DNA of 63,975 nt, the filler included, from Chiloscyllium plagiosum (lineage: Eukaryota): the NCBI RefSeq assembly GCF_004010195.1. It is 6 parts of 6 records of this genome, joined end to end, with 100 filler letters (N's around TTAATTAATTAA, not from the genome) between each part and the next. Parts side by side here need not be neighbours in the genome. Positions count along the whole stretch, not along the records: positions 1 to 27,388 come from NC_057726.1; 5 more parts are not named here. One strand, given 5' to 3'. The notes beneath the pieces are model-generated. The model did not search any database, had not been told where the DNA came from, and worked only from the letters and a program-made list of their open reading frames with translations. Within the stretch, counting starts at the first letter, position 1. Every line of letters starts with the position of its first letter. The position numbers and the translations under genes are program-made. This document shows, piece after piece, positions 13,075-25,309 of this stretch.

Positions 13075-14051
13075 CAGGCATCTCCAAATCATGAATATCT
13101 GTCTCATTCTTAGACCCATGCATCTCCATCAAGGATGCACACCCCAGCACCACACTCTACCGCAAACCCACAGATAACCTCGTAAAGATTTTCTTCTTCA
13201 GCTTCCACCCAAAACATATTAAAACAGCCATCCCCTAGGGACAAGCCCTATGAGTACACCGGATCTGTGCAGATGAGGAGGACCATGTCGGTCACCTGGA
13301 AGTACTCAGGGATGCCCTCAAAAGAACGGGATACAATGCTCAATTCATCGACTGCCAGTTCTCACGTGCCACAGCAACGAACCGTTATGATCTCCTCAGG
13401 AAACAGACATGTGCTGCAACCGACAGGGTACCCTTCGTTGTCCAGTACTTCCCAGGAACTGAAAAACTACACCATGTTCTTCGTGACCTGCAACACAGTA
13501 CCTCGCCAAGACCTTCCCCACGTCTCCACTGCTTGCCTTTAAGCAACTGTCAAACTTCAAACAGATCATTGTTCGTAGAAAGCTGCCCGCTTTCAGGACA
13601 ACTTCATACAACCCTGTCGTGGTAGGCGCTGCAAGATGTGTCAGAATGTGGACATGGATACCACCATTACACATGGGGACACCTCCCAACATGTACCTGG
13701 CAGGTACTCATGTGACTCAGCCAACGTTGTCTATCTTTTACGTTGCAGGCAAGGATGCCCTGAGGCATGGTGCATTGGGGAAACCGAGCAAAGGCTATGG
13801 AAACGGATGAATGGGCACCGCACAAACAATCAATGGACAGGAGTGTCCCCTCCCATTTGGGGAACACTTCAGCGGTCCAGGACATTCAACCTTGTACCTT
13901 CAGGTGACCATCCTCCAAGGCGGACTTCGGGACAGGCAGCAGCGAAACGTGGTCGAGCAGAGGCTGACAGCTAAGTTCTGTACCTATAGGGAGGGCCTCA
14001 ACCGGGACCTTGCGTTCATGTCACACTGCAGGTGACCACACACAGACACTC

Positions 14052-14088
<37 letters not shown>

Positions 14089-14592
14089 TATGCGCTTGTG
14101 GGGTGAATTTGTATTTGCAGAGTTACATTGTACTTTGCTCAAAAACTGCATAAATTCACGTCAAACTGCTATTTCACTTTTTAGTTAAGAATCAGTCTAA
14201 ACATCATGGCACAGACAGAGAACACAGGGGGCTAACACCTTCAACATATTGCCTAGCTAACACCAATTGTTACAGTTAACCTGAGAATGCAACTTTTTAA
14301 AAAATGTTTTGTGATTTACATATGAAAGAAGTGAAACTATCATGGTATTCGAACAGATGAAAGACTCAACAAACAATCAAGGTATTTTTCAACGTATAAT
14401 TTTAGTTGCATCACACTGTAAACTTTTGCTATAAATTCTGTGTCTTACAATTGTGTCCTCCACAACCACCTGATGAAGGAGCGACACTCCGAAAGCTAGT
14501 GTGCTTCCAATTAAACCTGCTGGACTATAATCTGGTGTTGTGTGATTTTTAACTTTGTACATCCCAATCCAATACCAGTATCTCCAAATCAC
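13075..14592 (+). mobile_element. Inverted 5'-truncated copy of the same Penelope element with (CA)n and pLTR
   Basis: 13120-14035 is the reverse complement of about 9985-10930; 14110-14590 is the reverse complement of about 12590-13060. Confidence 0.9.
14467..14501 (+). ncRNA. Minimal hammerhead ribozyme motif in Penelope pLTR
   Basis: CAC-CTGATGA-A-GGAG(cgaca)CTCC-GAAA-GCTA-GTG: stem I CAC/GTG, intact core, stem II, palindromic AGCT stem III, CUA cleavage triplet. Confidence 0.7.
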
Positions 14593-15351
14593 TGCTCAGA
14601 TATGAAGACTTCATCCTAACCCGCTTCCAGTAGCAATTAAGGTTATAAGTCCTTTACTCCAATTGATTGCACCAACTGTTTAGCACTGCTGTGGTAAACT
14701 GACAGAATGATCGAAATTACATGTCAAACATAGATAAGTTGATTTGGGAAGATCAATTAAGCCTTGGGGGACATCTACCAGATTGAAAATCTGGAAATGC
14801 CATCCTGACAATATTTAGAGACCAGACCACAGGATTATGTATGGAAAGCTAGATTATCAGTTCTTTTGATTGTAAAGCAGCAGGTATGGAAAGCAGAATT
14901 GTCGAGCCCCATTTTATTTTTACGGGTCTAGACGAATTCTTGTGCTTTTCTTACTCTGCAAAGAAATGTCGGATGTTACCCGCACACGGCTCAATCATCT
15001 CTATTGCAAACGATACTAGCTAGAGATTGTACCGTGTACTTGTTCGTGGTCGTGGTTCATCAGAGAATCACGATTAGAACGTGACGAGAAGCCACCAGCG
15101 TCATGAAATCATGCTAGCACCAATCAATTACGATATTGGAAAGTGGATTGCATCATCGCAGATGTTGACATGGTGCTTCTTTTGCAGAGTATATTATTCG
15201 GCTTTTGATTTATGTAAATACAGAATCGGGATTGTAAAATCGACCTTCTTGAAATCAGCCCATGAATTAATCTATTTCACTTCTATGAATTACCAATGGA
15301 TAATCCTTGCATACATCTATTTTATATGTTTGTTTTAATTCTGTACTGTAG

Positions 15352-15459
15352 AGAACAGTTTCCATCATATTGCAATTGCACGACTTATTTTGCAGTTCTT
15401 CATAATTCTTGGATTGACGGACATTATTGTGGATCATGCATAAGCAGTTTCAATTGAAG
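15352..15459 (+). pseudogene. Transmembrane exon of the NCR3-like gene with a membrane Arg
   Basis: ttttaattctgtactgtag| ... GAAG|GTAAGT, 108 nt, phase 1-1. Reads (E)NSFHHIAIARLILQFFIILGLTDIIVDHA*AVSIE; Arg at 15381-15383, TAA at 15441-15443. Confidence 0.7.
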
Positions 15460-15756
15460 GTAAGTGAACACTTTTCTAACTTCTTAAAAATTTAATCTGT
15501 TTTTCTAATCAACCTGGTCAGCAATGTTATTTCACATATCTGGGGTACACGGCCCAGGGGTAGGGATACCACCACTTTTTATTCTATAGGTCACATTCAA
15601 AGCAGATGCACAGGCAGCATAAATAGGATGCAATTAAGTACACAATTAATCGTCTGCGACTAAACGAAAATATAGAAGGTTTAGAATGTAAATCTTTATA
15701 TTTAGCTTGGATAAAAAAAAATCACAGGATGAAATGTTACCTGTTTCCCTTTGCAG

Positions 15757-15781
15757 ATGTGGTACTGATTTGCTGAATAAA
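15757..15781 (+). pseudogene. Probable terminal exon (short tail + polyA signal) of the NCR3-like gene
   Basis: Acceptor cctgtttccctttgcag, then (D)VVLIC*, with AATAAA at 15776-15781. Confidence 0.45.
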
Positions 15782-18529
15782 TGCATAGAGCTTTTTTCCA
15801 CCTCATATTTTATTAATGTCAATACCAAATAAATTTTATCACGTTAAGTAATAAAAACTGGAGGTGTCTTGGCTTAGACGGGCTTCTTTCAATAGAAACG
15901 ACTCATTTCAACTTCTTATTTGTTCAAATAGACTTGATCACAAAATTTACACTATGTCAGCATTGTAGTGCCAACGTACTACTGCTCAATTGAGTATCTG
16001 AAATATTCTATACAGACTTCTCTGCTTGTAGAGTGACTAGAAATTTTCACACGAGAGTTCTGTTAATACTTACCATTTATATATCGGCAATGTACTTCAA
16101 TCAAACTGCTTTATTTATTTCACCACTGTTTGCCATGGTCAATCATCCATGTCATCTGATAAGTACTACTTGCACTTCCATGACCAGGAACTCATTACAT
16201 CAATGAAAGCTCTTTCTTCTTTTTTTAAGTGTTTATTTAAGGTTGAATAATCCATCGATATGCGTTATTTTCCGTGTGCTCTTTTACTTTGTTCCATAAA
16301 TTTCTGTGAAAATTACAAAGGTAGACAACAGGAAGAGGCATTTAATCGTGTACCCTTCTTTCTAATTTGTTTTCAAGAGGTACATATTGCTAGCTAGGCC
16401 GGAATTTATCGTCCATCATTAAATAACCTGGAGAAAGAGGTGGAGAACTGATTTTCAGAAAAGTTGCAGTGCTTGCGATATGAGGATACAAAATGTACTA
16501 TTATGAATGGAGTTCTAGGATTCTGAACTGTTTCCATGATGCTAGCTTCAGACGGCTTTCCTTACATGCCTTTCGTGGTACAGATTCTAGGTGCAGTATT
16601 GTCATATTTGTTCTTTCTTTTGAGTTGCTCAGGTTTGACGGAAGACTAAAATTGACATATATAAAATTGTTGACCTCCAATACAACTTAAGTAGAGGTCT
16701 CTAGATATTGGAGAGCAGAACAAAATCCTTATTGCCTCTGCCTGACTGCTTTGCATAATGCTGCTCTGCACTCTCGGACAACTCAGGTCAGTTTTAACTT
16801 TATACATACCACTGAATTGGTGGTATCTAAGAAAGATCAGCATAATGTAGCACCCTGCTTTGGAAATTTATAAGGCTCTTCCTTCAATATCGAATTGTCA
16901 AAATCCTGGAGCGCCTTTCCTACCAGAAGTATGGGGGTGCAGTGGTTCAAGTAGGTGTCCTGGATTTGGGTAGTAAATGCCATGGAAGCTCAGGTCCCTT
17001 GAAAGCTTTTTTTAAAGTAGAAAATGTCATGTGGCATTTTCTTATGTGTCTGGTCCACTGCCAACCCATCGATTCCTGAAAATATGGCTGTGTGAAAAGT
17101 GAAAATGTGATTTTATTTCAGCGCAACACTCAGTTGAATACAAAGTGAAAATATCGACATTGATATTTCAATTTACATTTTTTATCCACCTACAATAGCA
17201 GGAAAGTATGTTTTATCTTGTGAAGAGGTCAAATGTCAGGTGGCTGAGATCTAAGGCAATTGATACATGTGTTAGAAGGGACATGAGGAAAAGCCTTATT
17301 TCCCCTCAGAGGACGGTGTTGGTTTAGAACTCGCATTCACAATTTACTGCTAAAAGCGGGAAACCTTGATTCATTTGAAAGGAACCCGTGCCTGCACCTG
17401 AAGCACTATAATGTTCAAACTTGTTGTTAGGCGTTGGGAAATTGGATTAAAATGAGTGCATATTATATTCATTTGCTGCAAACACGATGGGCTGACTGGC
17501 TATTTCTGAAGAAAAATCATGTGGAACTGGAAAGGTAAACTCTATATATCTCCATAGATGCTATCAGACTCACTGAGTTTCTTCATCATGTTTTATGTTT
17601 GTTGCACAGTCACAATAATCTTGACTCTAAGAATATTCTAAAAATAACTGTTGAAATAAATATAAATTTATTAAGTAAACTTTTTGTGGCATTGGAAATT
17701 ATAGCACATTAATTTAAGATCAAGTCTTCAGTTCTTTTGCGTTAATTTTAATGAGAAGTTAATAATTTTGCTGTATCCATTAAAATTGTGGGCATTCGTC
17801 TAAATTAGTGTTCGCTTGGTATTGAGCAAATTGAGGGTCTATCTGTGAGCTTGAAACTATAGCTGAAGTACCTGCTATACTAATTCTTTTACGAATATTC
17901 GAGATGACCAATCAATGTGAAATATGTGTGGGTGCAAGATAAAATGTAATTCGTTGATGCAACGGGGAAATTTTAAATTTAAATTGAAGACAGCATGTTC
18001 ACATCCGGTACAGATGGAAAAACAAAGAATAGACATGTAAATGAGACGAACGTTCTCTGTCTTCAGATGAAGACTTTATGGAAAATTCACTTACAATCAG
18101 TTTGCATTGCACCTTGCAGCATTATCTTGCCAAATTTACTCTGCACAAAGATGGATGTTAGTTTGTCATCGTCTGTAAAATGTACTCAAAGTATTCTAAG
18201 TGTAAACGGTAATTAGAAGTTCAAGATTACTGTGGCTGAGTCCCTTTCGCTTATGACTAAAAGTCCTCATAAACTATGATGTAAGAGTGCTTTGAATTGA
18301 TGATACGCTTGAACTAATTTAATGGCTGAAACTCTTACATGCAGGTTACTTCTCACATTTACACATTTCTTATGTCCGTGCACTAATCCGAATGAAAGCG
18401 ACTGACAATGAAATTCCTGTTCATAGAATTTAAGTCTATGGCGCATTTCACAACCAATTTACGATAGTTGAATACATATCTTTATCCACAATCACTATGT
18501 AAGAATTAAAGGCGGGCTAGATTATCTAT

Positions 18530-19050
18530 TTTCTAATTCTGGTCTCCTTCCTGTCGGAAAGATATTGTGGAACTTGAAAGGATTCAGAAAAGATTTACAA
18601 GGATGTTGCCAGGGTTGGAGGGATTGAGCCATAGGGAGAGGTTGAATAGGCTAGGGCTGTCTTCCGGAGAGCTTTGGAGGCTAAGGGGTGATCTTAGAGA
18701 GTTTTATAAAATCATAAGGAGCATGTATAGGATAAATAGACAAAGTGTTTTCCCTGAGATAGGCGAGTCCAGAACTAGACGGCATAGGTTTAGGGTGAGG
18801 GGGGAAGATATAAAAGAGACCTAGGGGCATCTTTTTCACAGAGAGGGTGTGTGTGTATGGAATGAATTGCCAGAGGAAGTGATGGAGGCGAGTACAATTG
18901 CAACATTTAAAAGGCATCTGGATGGATATATGAATAGGAAGGATTTGGAGGGATATGGGCCACATTATGGCAGGTGGGACTAGATTGGGTTGGGATATCT
19001 GATTGGCATGGACCGAAGGGTCTGTTTCCGTGCTGGACATCACCATGACT
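18530..19050 (+). mobile_element. CR1/HER1-type LINE 3' fragment
   Basis: LERIQKRFTRMLPGL...RLRGDL...TRRHRFRVRG followed by the shared 3' tail. Confidence 0.9.
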
Positions 19051-20149
19051 CTTCTTCTTCAGGTAGCCTCACAATTACATCCTGACTCTCTCTTCGGAGA
19101 TTCAGATGGCTGCAAAGTGTTTCTTTACGTTATTGCAAATTAAGAATAAGACGCTTGGCCAATGAGTTCATCTCCATTCTCTCACATCTTAAAATTGTGT
19201 TAATCATCAAGATTTGTATTCATTCAGGTTTTTTTTTGCGTTTGGCTGTCTCTTTTAATTAACTGTCTATTGGACAACTTATGAACAGCAAATTCAAATA
19301 AAAGTTTATTGCATTTTTTGTGAACTGCTTACGAATGATCCTCTCTGATGCTTCAGGCGCACATCAATGCATGCTAGTTAATATCCTTGACAATTGCCAG
19401 CAGATAGTCTGGGACATCTTAAAATATAAAAGTCTAGCAGATCTTAAAATATTTTCATTTGTCTGCATTTGTGCAACAGTTAATTTCAAATCTGGAAGTT
19501 TAGAATGTTGAATAAAACTACAGAAATAATGTCTTAATTAATGCCCCTTGTGTTTTTGCTGAAACATCATGTATAATTTTAGAATTGTTCAAGTTCTATG
19601 GTTTATATCTTTGTCTACTTGTTGTGGTTAAATCAAGTCCCATGATAAAAAATTCTAAAATCTACATCGAATAAAGTTACATATAACATATATTATTATA
19701 TTAATCAATGAAAATTCTTTCATTGTGTGATTATCACTAAACAAAATCCATCATGAAATGTTAATTTCCCTGCTGATCTTCCATGACAGAACCAACTGCA
19801 AGGAACTCCTGTCATGACCTAATCCTCACTGATGTAAGTGTCACAGATTTTTCTTCTCATGGAAGTGTTGGGTGGAATAACTGTCGTGCAGCTCTTGTGA
19901 ATAGACAGAACCAATCAGACTATCTTCTATTAGGTTGTATGGCATTTGCTAAATGGTTTATATTTTGAACAGAGCGAGCAGCGATTGGGTCAATCGACGC
20001 ATTAGATTTACACTTAACGACAATCTGTTGCACTATGACCCAACATATCACTGACTACTACTATAACTATCAATTCAGTTGAACAAATCTGTTGTTATGT
20101 ACAACATATGACTGTAAACCAGGTGCAGAACAAACATAAATAACAGAGT

Positions 20150-20450
20150 ATCCACTGTTGTGGTTCTGTTCGCCAAGCTGGGAATTTGTGTTGCAGACGT
20201 TTCGTCCCCTGTCTAGGTGACATCCTCAGTGCTTGGGAGCCTCCTGTAAAGTGCTTCTGTGATCTTTCCTCAGGCATTTGTAGTGGTTTGAATCGGCGGC
20301 TTCCGGTTGTCAGCTCCAGCTGTCCGTTGCAGTGGTCGGTATATTGGGTCCAGGACGATGTGCTTATTGATTGAATCTGTCGATGAGTGCCATGCCTCTA
20401 GGAATTCCCTGCCTGTTCTCTGTTTGGCTTGTCCTGTAATAATAGTGTCC
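20150..20450 (-). mobile_element. 3' end of a second Penelope family
   Basis: GIY-YIG C-terminus REFLEAWHS...INKHIVLDPIYRPL followed by a hammerhead motif. Confidence 0.8.
20193..20232 (-). ncRNA. Minimal hammerhead ribozyme with canonical GUC site
   Basis: Minus strand GCA-CTGAGGA-T-GTCACC(tagaca)GGGGAC-GAAA-CGTC-TGC: stem I GCA/TGC, intact core, stem II, palindromic ACGT stem III, GUC cleavage after 20196. Confidence 0.75.
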
Positions 20451-21249
20451 ACTTGGCAAAACGGCAATGCAGGATTGTGTGCACATTACACAGTGGACAC
20501 AGCATTAACAGAAAGAGTTAACAGTCCCACAATGAATGAATCAGATCATACTTCTCTCTTCTTTCCAAAACAATGAAACATCCAAAGAAAACAGAAGGCT
20601 GCATAAACATTGCAGTCAGTGATACAGGAATCAACATTCTACACCAAGGCTCATCGGTACTCGAAGCCTGAAGCACCTGCAGACGAGTCAAACCAGCCTA
20701 TTCCAAAATTACAGCACAAAAGCATGTAGTCTTCTACTAATTTACTAACTCCACACGATGTGAAGACATGACTGAAAAAGTTGGTAGTTTAAAATACCTT
20801 GACAACTTCTTAACTTTGGTATTTAAACTTCCTACTTCTCGATCAGCTAACCACATGCCAAGTTGTTCTTCTACAGTGACATAACTGACGTCTCCATGAT
20901 AATGTGCAAAATCACCTGTGTATGCCCTGATAAAAAAAAAAGAGACCATGGGAGCAGAAGGTGCCCATTGGGCCATCCAAGCCATTCAACACGATCATGG
21001 CTGCTCATCCTATTCAGGGTCCCTTTTTACTTTCTTGCTCAAACTCCCTCACCTTTCATCATTTTATCCTGAAAAACTTTATCAAACTCATTCTTGAAAG
21101 CATTCACTATTTGCCTAACTTACTTTTTGTAGCAGAGAATTCCACAGGCTCACCACTATCTAGATGATTACATTTCTCCTCATCTGAGTCCTAAATGACT
21201 TTTCCAATATCCTTAAACTGTGACCCCAAGATCGGGCCTCACTGATATA

Positions 21250-22765
21250 GTCATAGAGATGTACAGCATGGAGACAGACCTTTCAGTCCAACCTGTCCAT
21301 GCCGACCAGATATTCCAACCCAAACTAGTTCCACCTTCCAGCACCCGGCCCATATCCCTCCAAACCCTGCCTATTCATATACACATCCAAATGCCTCTTA
21401 AATGTTGCAATTGTACCAGCCTCCACCACATCCTCTGGCAGCTCATTCCATACACGTACCACCCTCTGTGTGAAAAGGTTGCCCCTTTGGTCTCTTTTAT
21501 ATCTTTCCCCTCTCATCCTAAACCTATGCCCATGGACTCCCCGATACCAGGGGAAAGATTTTGTCTATTTATCCTAAACACGCCTCTCATGATTTTGTAA
21601 AACTCTGCAAGGTCATCCCTCAGCCTTCGACGTTCCAGGGAAAACAGCTCCAGCCTGTTGAACCTCTCCCTCTAGCTCAAATCCTCCAACACTGGCAACA
21701 TCCTGGCAAACCTTTTCTGAACCCATTCAAGTTTCATAGCGTCTTTCTGATAGGAAGGAGACCAGAATTGCACGTAATATTCCAACAGTGGCCTAACCAA
21801 TGTCCTGCAACATGACCTCCCAACTCCTGTACTCAATACTCTGACCAATAAAGGGAAGCATACCAAAAGCCTACTTCACTATCGTATCTACCTGCACATC
21901 CACTTTGAAGAAGCTATGAACCTGCACTCCAAGGTCTCTTTGTTCACCAACACTCCTTAGGACCTTACCATTAAGTGCATAAGTCCTGCTAAGATTTTCT
22001 TTCCCAAAATGCAGCACCACGCATTTATCTGAATCAAGCTCCATCTGCCACTTCTCAGCCCATTGGCCCATCTGGTCCAGATCCTGTTGTAATCTGAGGT
22101 AACCGTCTTCACAGTCCACTGCACCTCCAATTTTGGTGTCATCTGCAAACTTACTAACTGTACCTCTTACGCTCGAATCCAAATCATTTATGTAAATGAC
22201 AAAATGTAGAGGACCCAGCACCGATCCTTGTGGCACTCCACTGGTCACAGGCCTCCAGTCTGAAAAACAACACTCCATACCCTCTGTCTTCTACCTTTTA
22301 GCCAGTTTTGTTTCCAAATGTCTAGTTCTCCCTGTGTCCCATGAGATCTAACCTTGCTAATCAGTCTCCCATGGGGAATCTTGTCGAATGCCTTACTGAA
22401 GTCCATATAGATCACATCTACTGCTCTGCCCTCATCAATCTTCTTTGTTACTCCTTCAAAAAACTCAATCAAGTCAGTGAGACATGACTTACCACGCACA
22501 AAGCCATGTAGACTATCCCTAATCAGTCCTTGCCTTTCCAAATACATGAACATCCTGTCCCTTAGGATTCCCTCCAACAACTTGCCCAACACTGAGGTCA
22601 GGCTCACCGGTCTATAGTTCTGGCTTGTCTTTACCGCCCTTCTTAAACAGTAGCACCACGTTTGCCAACCTCCAGTCTTCCGACATCTCACCTGTGACTA
22701 TCGATGATACAAATATCTCAGTAAGAGGCCCAGGAATCACTTCTCTAGCTTCCCACAAAGATCAT
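21250..22765 (-). mobile_element. CR1/HER1-type LINE, RT and 3' end
   Basis: [44 protein letters not shown] motifs; frameshifted. Confidence 0.93.
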
Positions 22766-24514
22766 CGGGAACATCCTGCTGGCACTTACCCTGTCTTTTT
22801 CTGTTAGAATTTCATAGAGGTCTATAAAATTTCCACTTCGCTTTTCTAAAGTTCAGTGAGTATTTTGTCCTCCCAACAAGTCTCACCCACCATTCATTAA
22901 AATCATGTCTATTCTTCCTCTGGATTCAAGCCCTCTTTCATGTCCGCTCCTCATAGTCTGCAGCTCGCCAATATTTTACCGCTCCAACTATAATGTCTCC
23001 AAATACTTTAAGGGATCCGCCCATCAGAACTCTCTGGGGCAGATAATACCACGTATTCTCTCGCCTCCAGTTGAAAGGATTCCTTTGCATTCCCATTCTA
23101 CACGAGTGTCTCCTTTTTGTGTAACTACATCACCAAGTGTGAGTTCCTGCAAGTGGAAGTATATTCTCAACACTGACCCGATTAAGCCTCATCAAAATAC
23201 AGAGGAACCTCGATTATCCAAACGACACGGGTGGAGAGTATTTTGTTCAGATAATTGAATGTTTGGATAATTAAATGTCAGATAACACAGTTTAGCCAAA
23301 CATTAGGATCTTGCAATCTTGTCCAGACAATCTGAAATACGGATAATTGAATGCCAGCTAATCGAGGTGGCCTTGTATTTAAGAAGATCAGCCCCGGTCT
23401 TCTAAAACCTAATGGACAAAATGGACCTGTTTTTGATCTCTTGAAATGTCAAAACTTTTTCTCCTAAGAATTATCTCGTGAATGTCTTTTAAACTACCTC
23501 TGATGCCAATCCACCCTTTGTTAAATATTAGAATGAAAATAGAACATAATACTTACGGTGGACACACCCCAGCATCCTAGATAGTTATGTTAAGACTTTA
23601 CCATGTTTGAACTCCAATGCCTCGCAATAAAGAACAAAATTATTTAGTGCAACTGCATGCTAAGCTTTTTTGCTGGTGTTTATGCTTCAGGCACAGGAAC
23701 ACCCCGATCCCTTGGCGTGCGTATTTTAGTCCTTCTTCGTTTGATTAATAGACTAACTTTTGATAGTTCCCACTAACATACATGACCTCACAATTCCTTC
23801 CATTAAATTTGAGTGGCCAAGTATCAATCTATCTAGACCCCATTTAAGATTCCTTATGTCTTCCATGCTCTCCCATTTTGCGACATTAGCATCTGCTCCT
23901 CCTGCAAGTCATTTATATAGATATAATATTTAACATTATTTTGAACATCGGGTGGGCCATCATTCATTGTCGAACCCTTGTTGCTTTTGAAAAGGTATTA
24001 GGGAACTGCCTTCTTGAACTGTTGTGGCCCATTTTCACTTTGAAGACTGGGGTTTTTGTGCTTTTTAAACCTGCAGAATACACTGAGAAGAAAATGGTTT
24101 TGAAACCCAGGGACTAACGAAGATGATTGCATCTTTAGACAGTAAGGAATGGAAACCTTTTTGAACCATGTTTGTGTATGTTCCAGAGTATGCAGAGGAA
24201 TTGGAACCAAGTTTACAAGTGAAACTGTTTGGTTTTGGAGTAAGGGTCATTATCAATGGCAAATGTCCTCTCCCTGTCAACCACAACATAATTGATTCTC
24301 CACAACGGTTTGGGTACTGATCAAAGCAACGAGAAACCTTTCAGACCAAAAGAAAAAAATCTCAGTTCTTTCCAGTAAGCCACTTTATCCCAAAGGAAAA
24401 CCAGATTTTCTTTCATTGAACTGATGTTGCAATTTGTGACTCTGACTGTGGGAGTTGAGCGAATGACCACTGCACATTGGTACAGGCAACCATTCAAGAG
24501 AGACAAGGCAGTAA

Positions 24515-24790
24515 GACTGCAGTAGTAGGGGACAATATAATGAGGAGAATAGATGTTGTGCTCTGTACCAAGCGTAAGAGTCCCCTCAACTGTGTTGCCT
24601 ACCACTGCCATGGTTAAGGATAATTTCTCCAGGCTAGAAGAGAACTCAAGTAGGGACGAGAGGGATCCAGTTGCTTTCATCCACGTTGATACCAGTGTAA
24701 ACGATGAGAACAGAAAGAATGTTTTTCTGAAAGATTTTGACCGGATAGGACCGAAATCAGAAAGCAAAACGTCCATATCATATTAATGAA
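24515..24790 (+). mobile_element. CR1 ORF1 (SGNH esterase-like) remnant
   Basis: VVGDNIMRRIDVVLC...CCL...VKD...FIHVDT pattern, with a frameshift. Confidence 0.65.
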
Positions 24791-25309
24791 ACCAAACAAC
24801 TGTGAAAGTTGGAATTTAGAAACTCCATGTGATAACAAGATCTGCTGTGTATTGTTTGGTGTAAGGACACAGGGGAAGGTGCCTAGGCCCTTAAACGATT
24901 GAACTCTATACTGAGTCCTGAAATCTGCACGGTCCCCAAGCAGGAAATGAAATGTTATTCTTCCAGCTTGCACTGAACTACACTGGAACACCTGAAGCCC
25001 GATTGAAAGATGTTGGTCGGGGAAGGCAGTGGTGTGTTGAAATGACAGGTGACAAGAAGCTCAGGATGACATCTGTGAACAGTATGTAAGTGTTCCGCAA
25101 AGCAGTGGCCAAGTCAGCTTTGCCTCTCAAATGTGCACATTGACAGGTGCACATTGTGAACGCCAGAATTCACATCCAAAGGATTGTAAGCCGCTATTTC
25201 CAAAACCTCGAGAAGAATGCCACCACCAGACTCAGTATCTTGTCCCTTGATATATGAACCTTCTGCAGGAACACCTCGCTGCTGGAAACATTGGCCCACT
25301 CTGCTCCAT

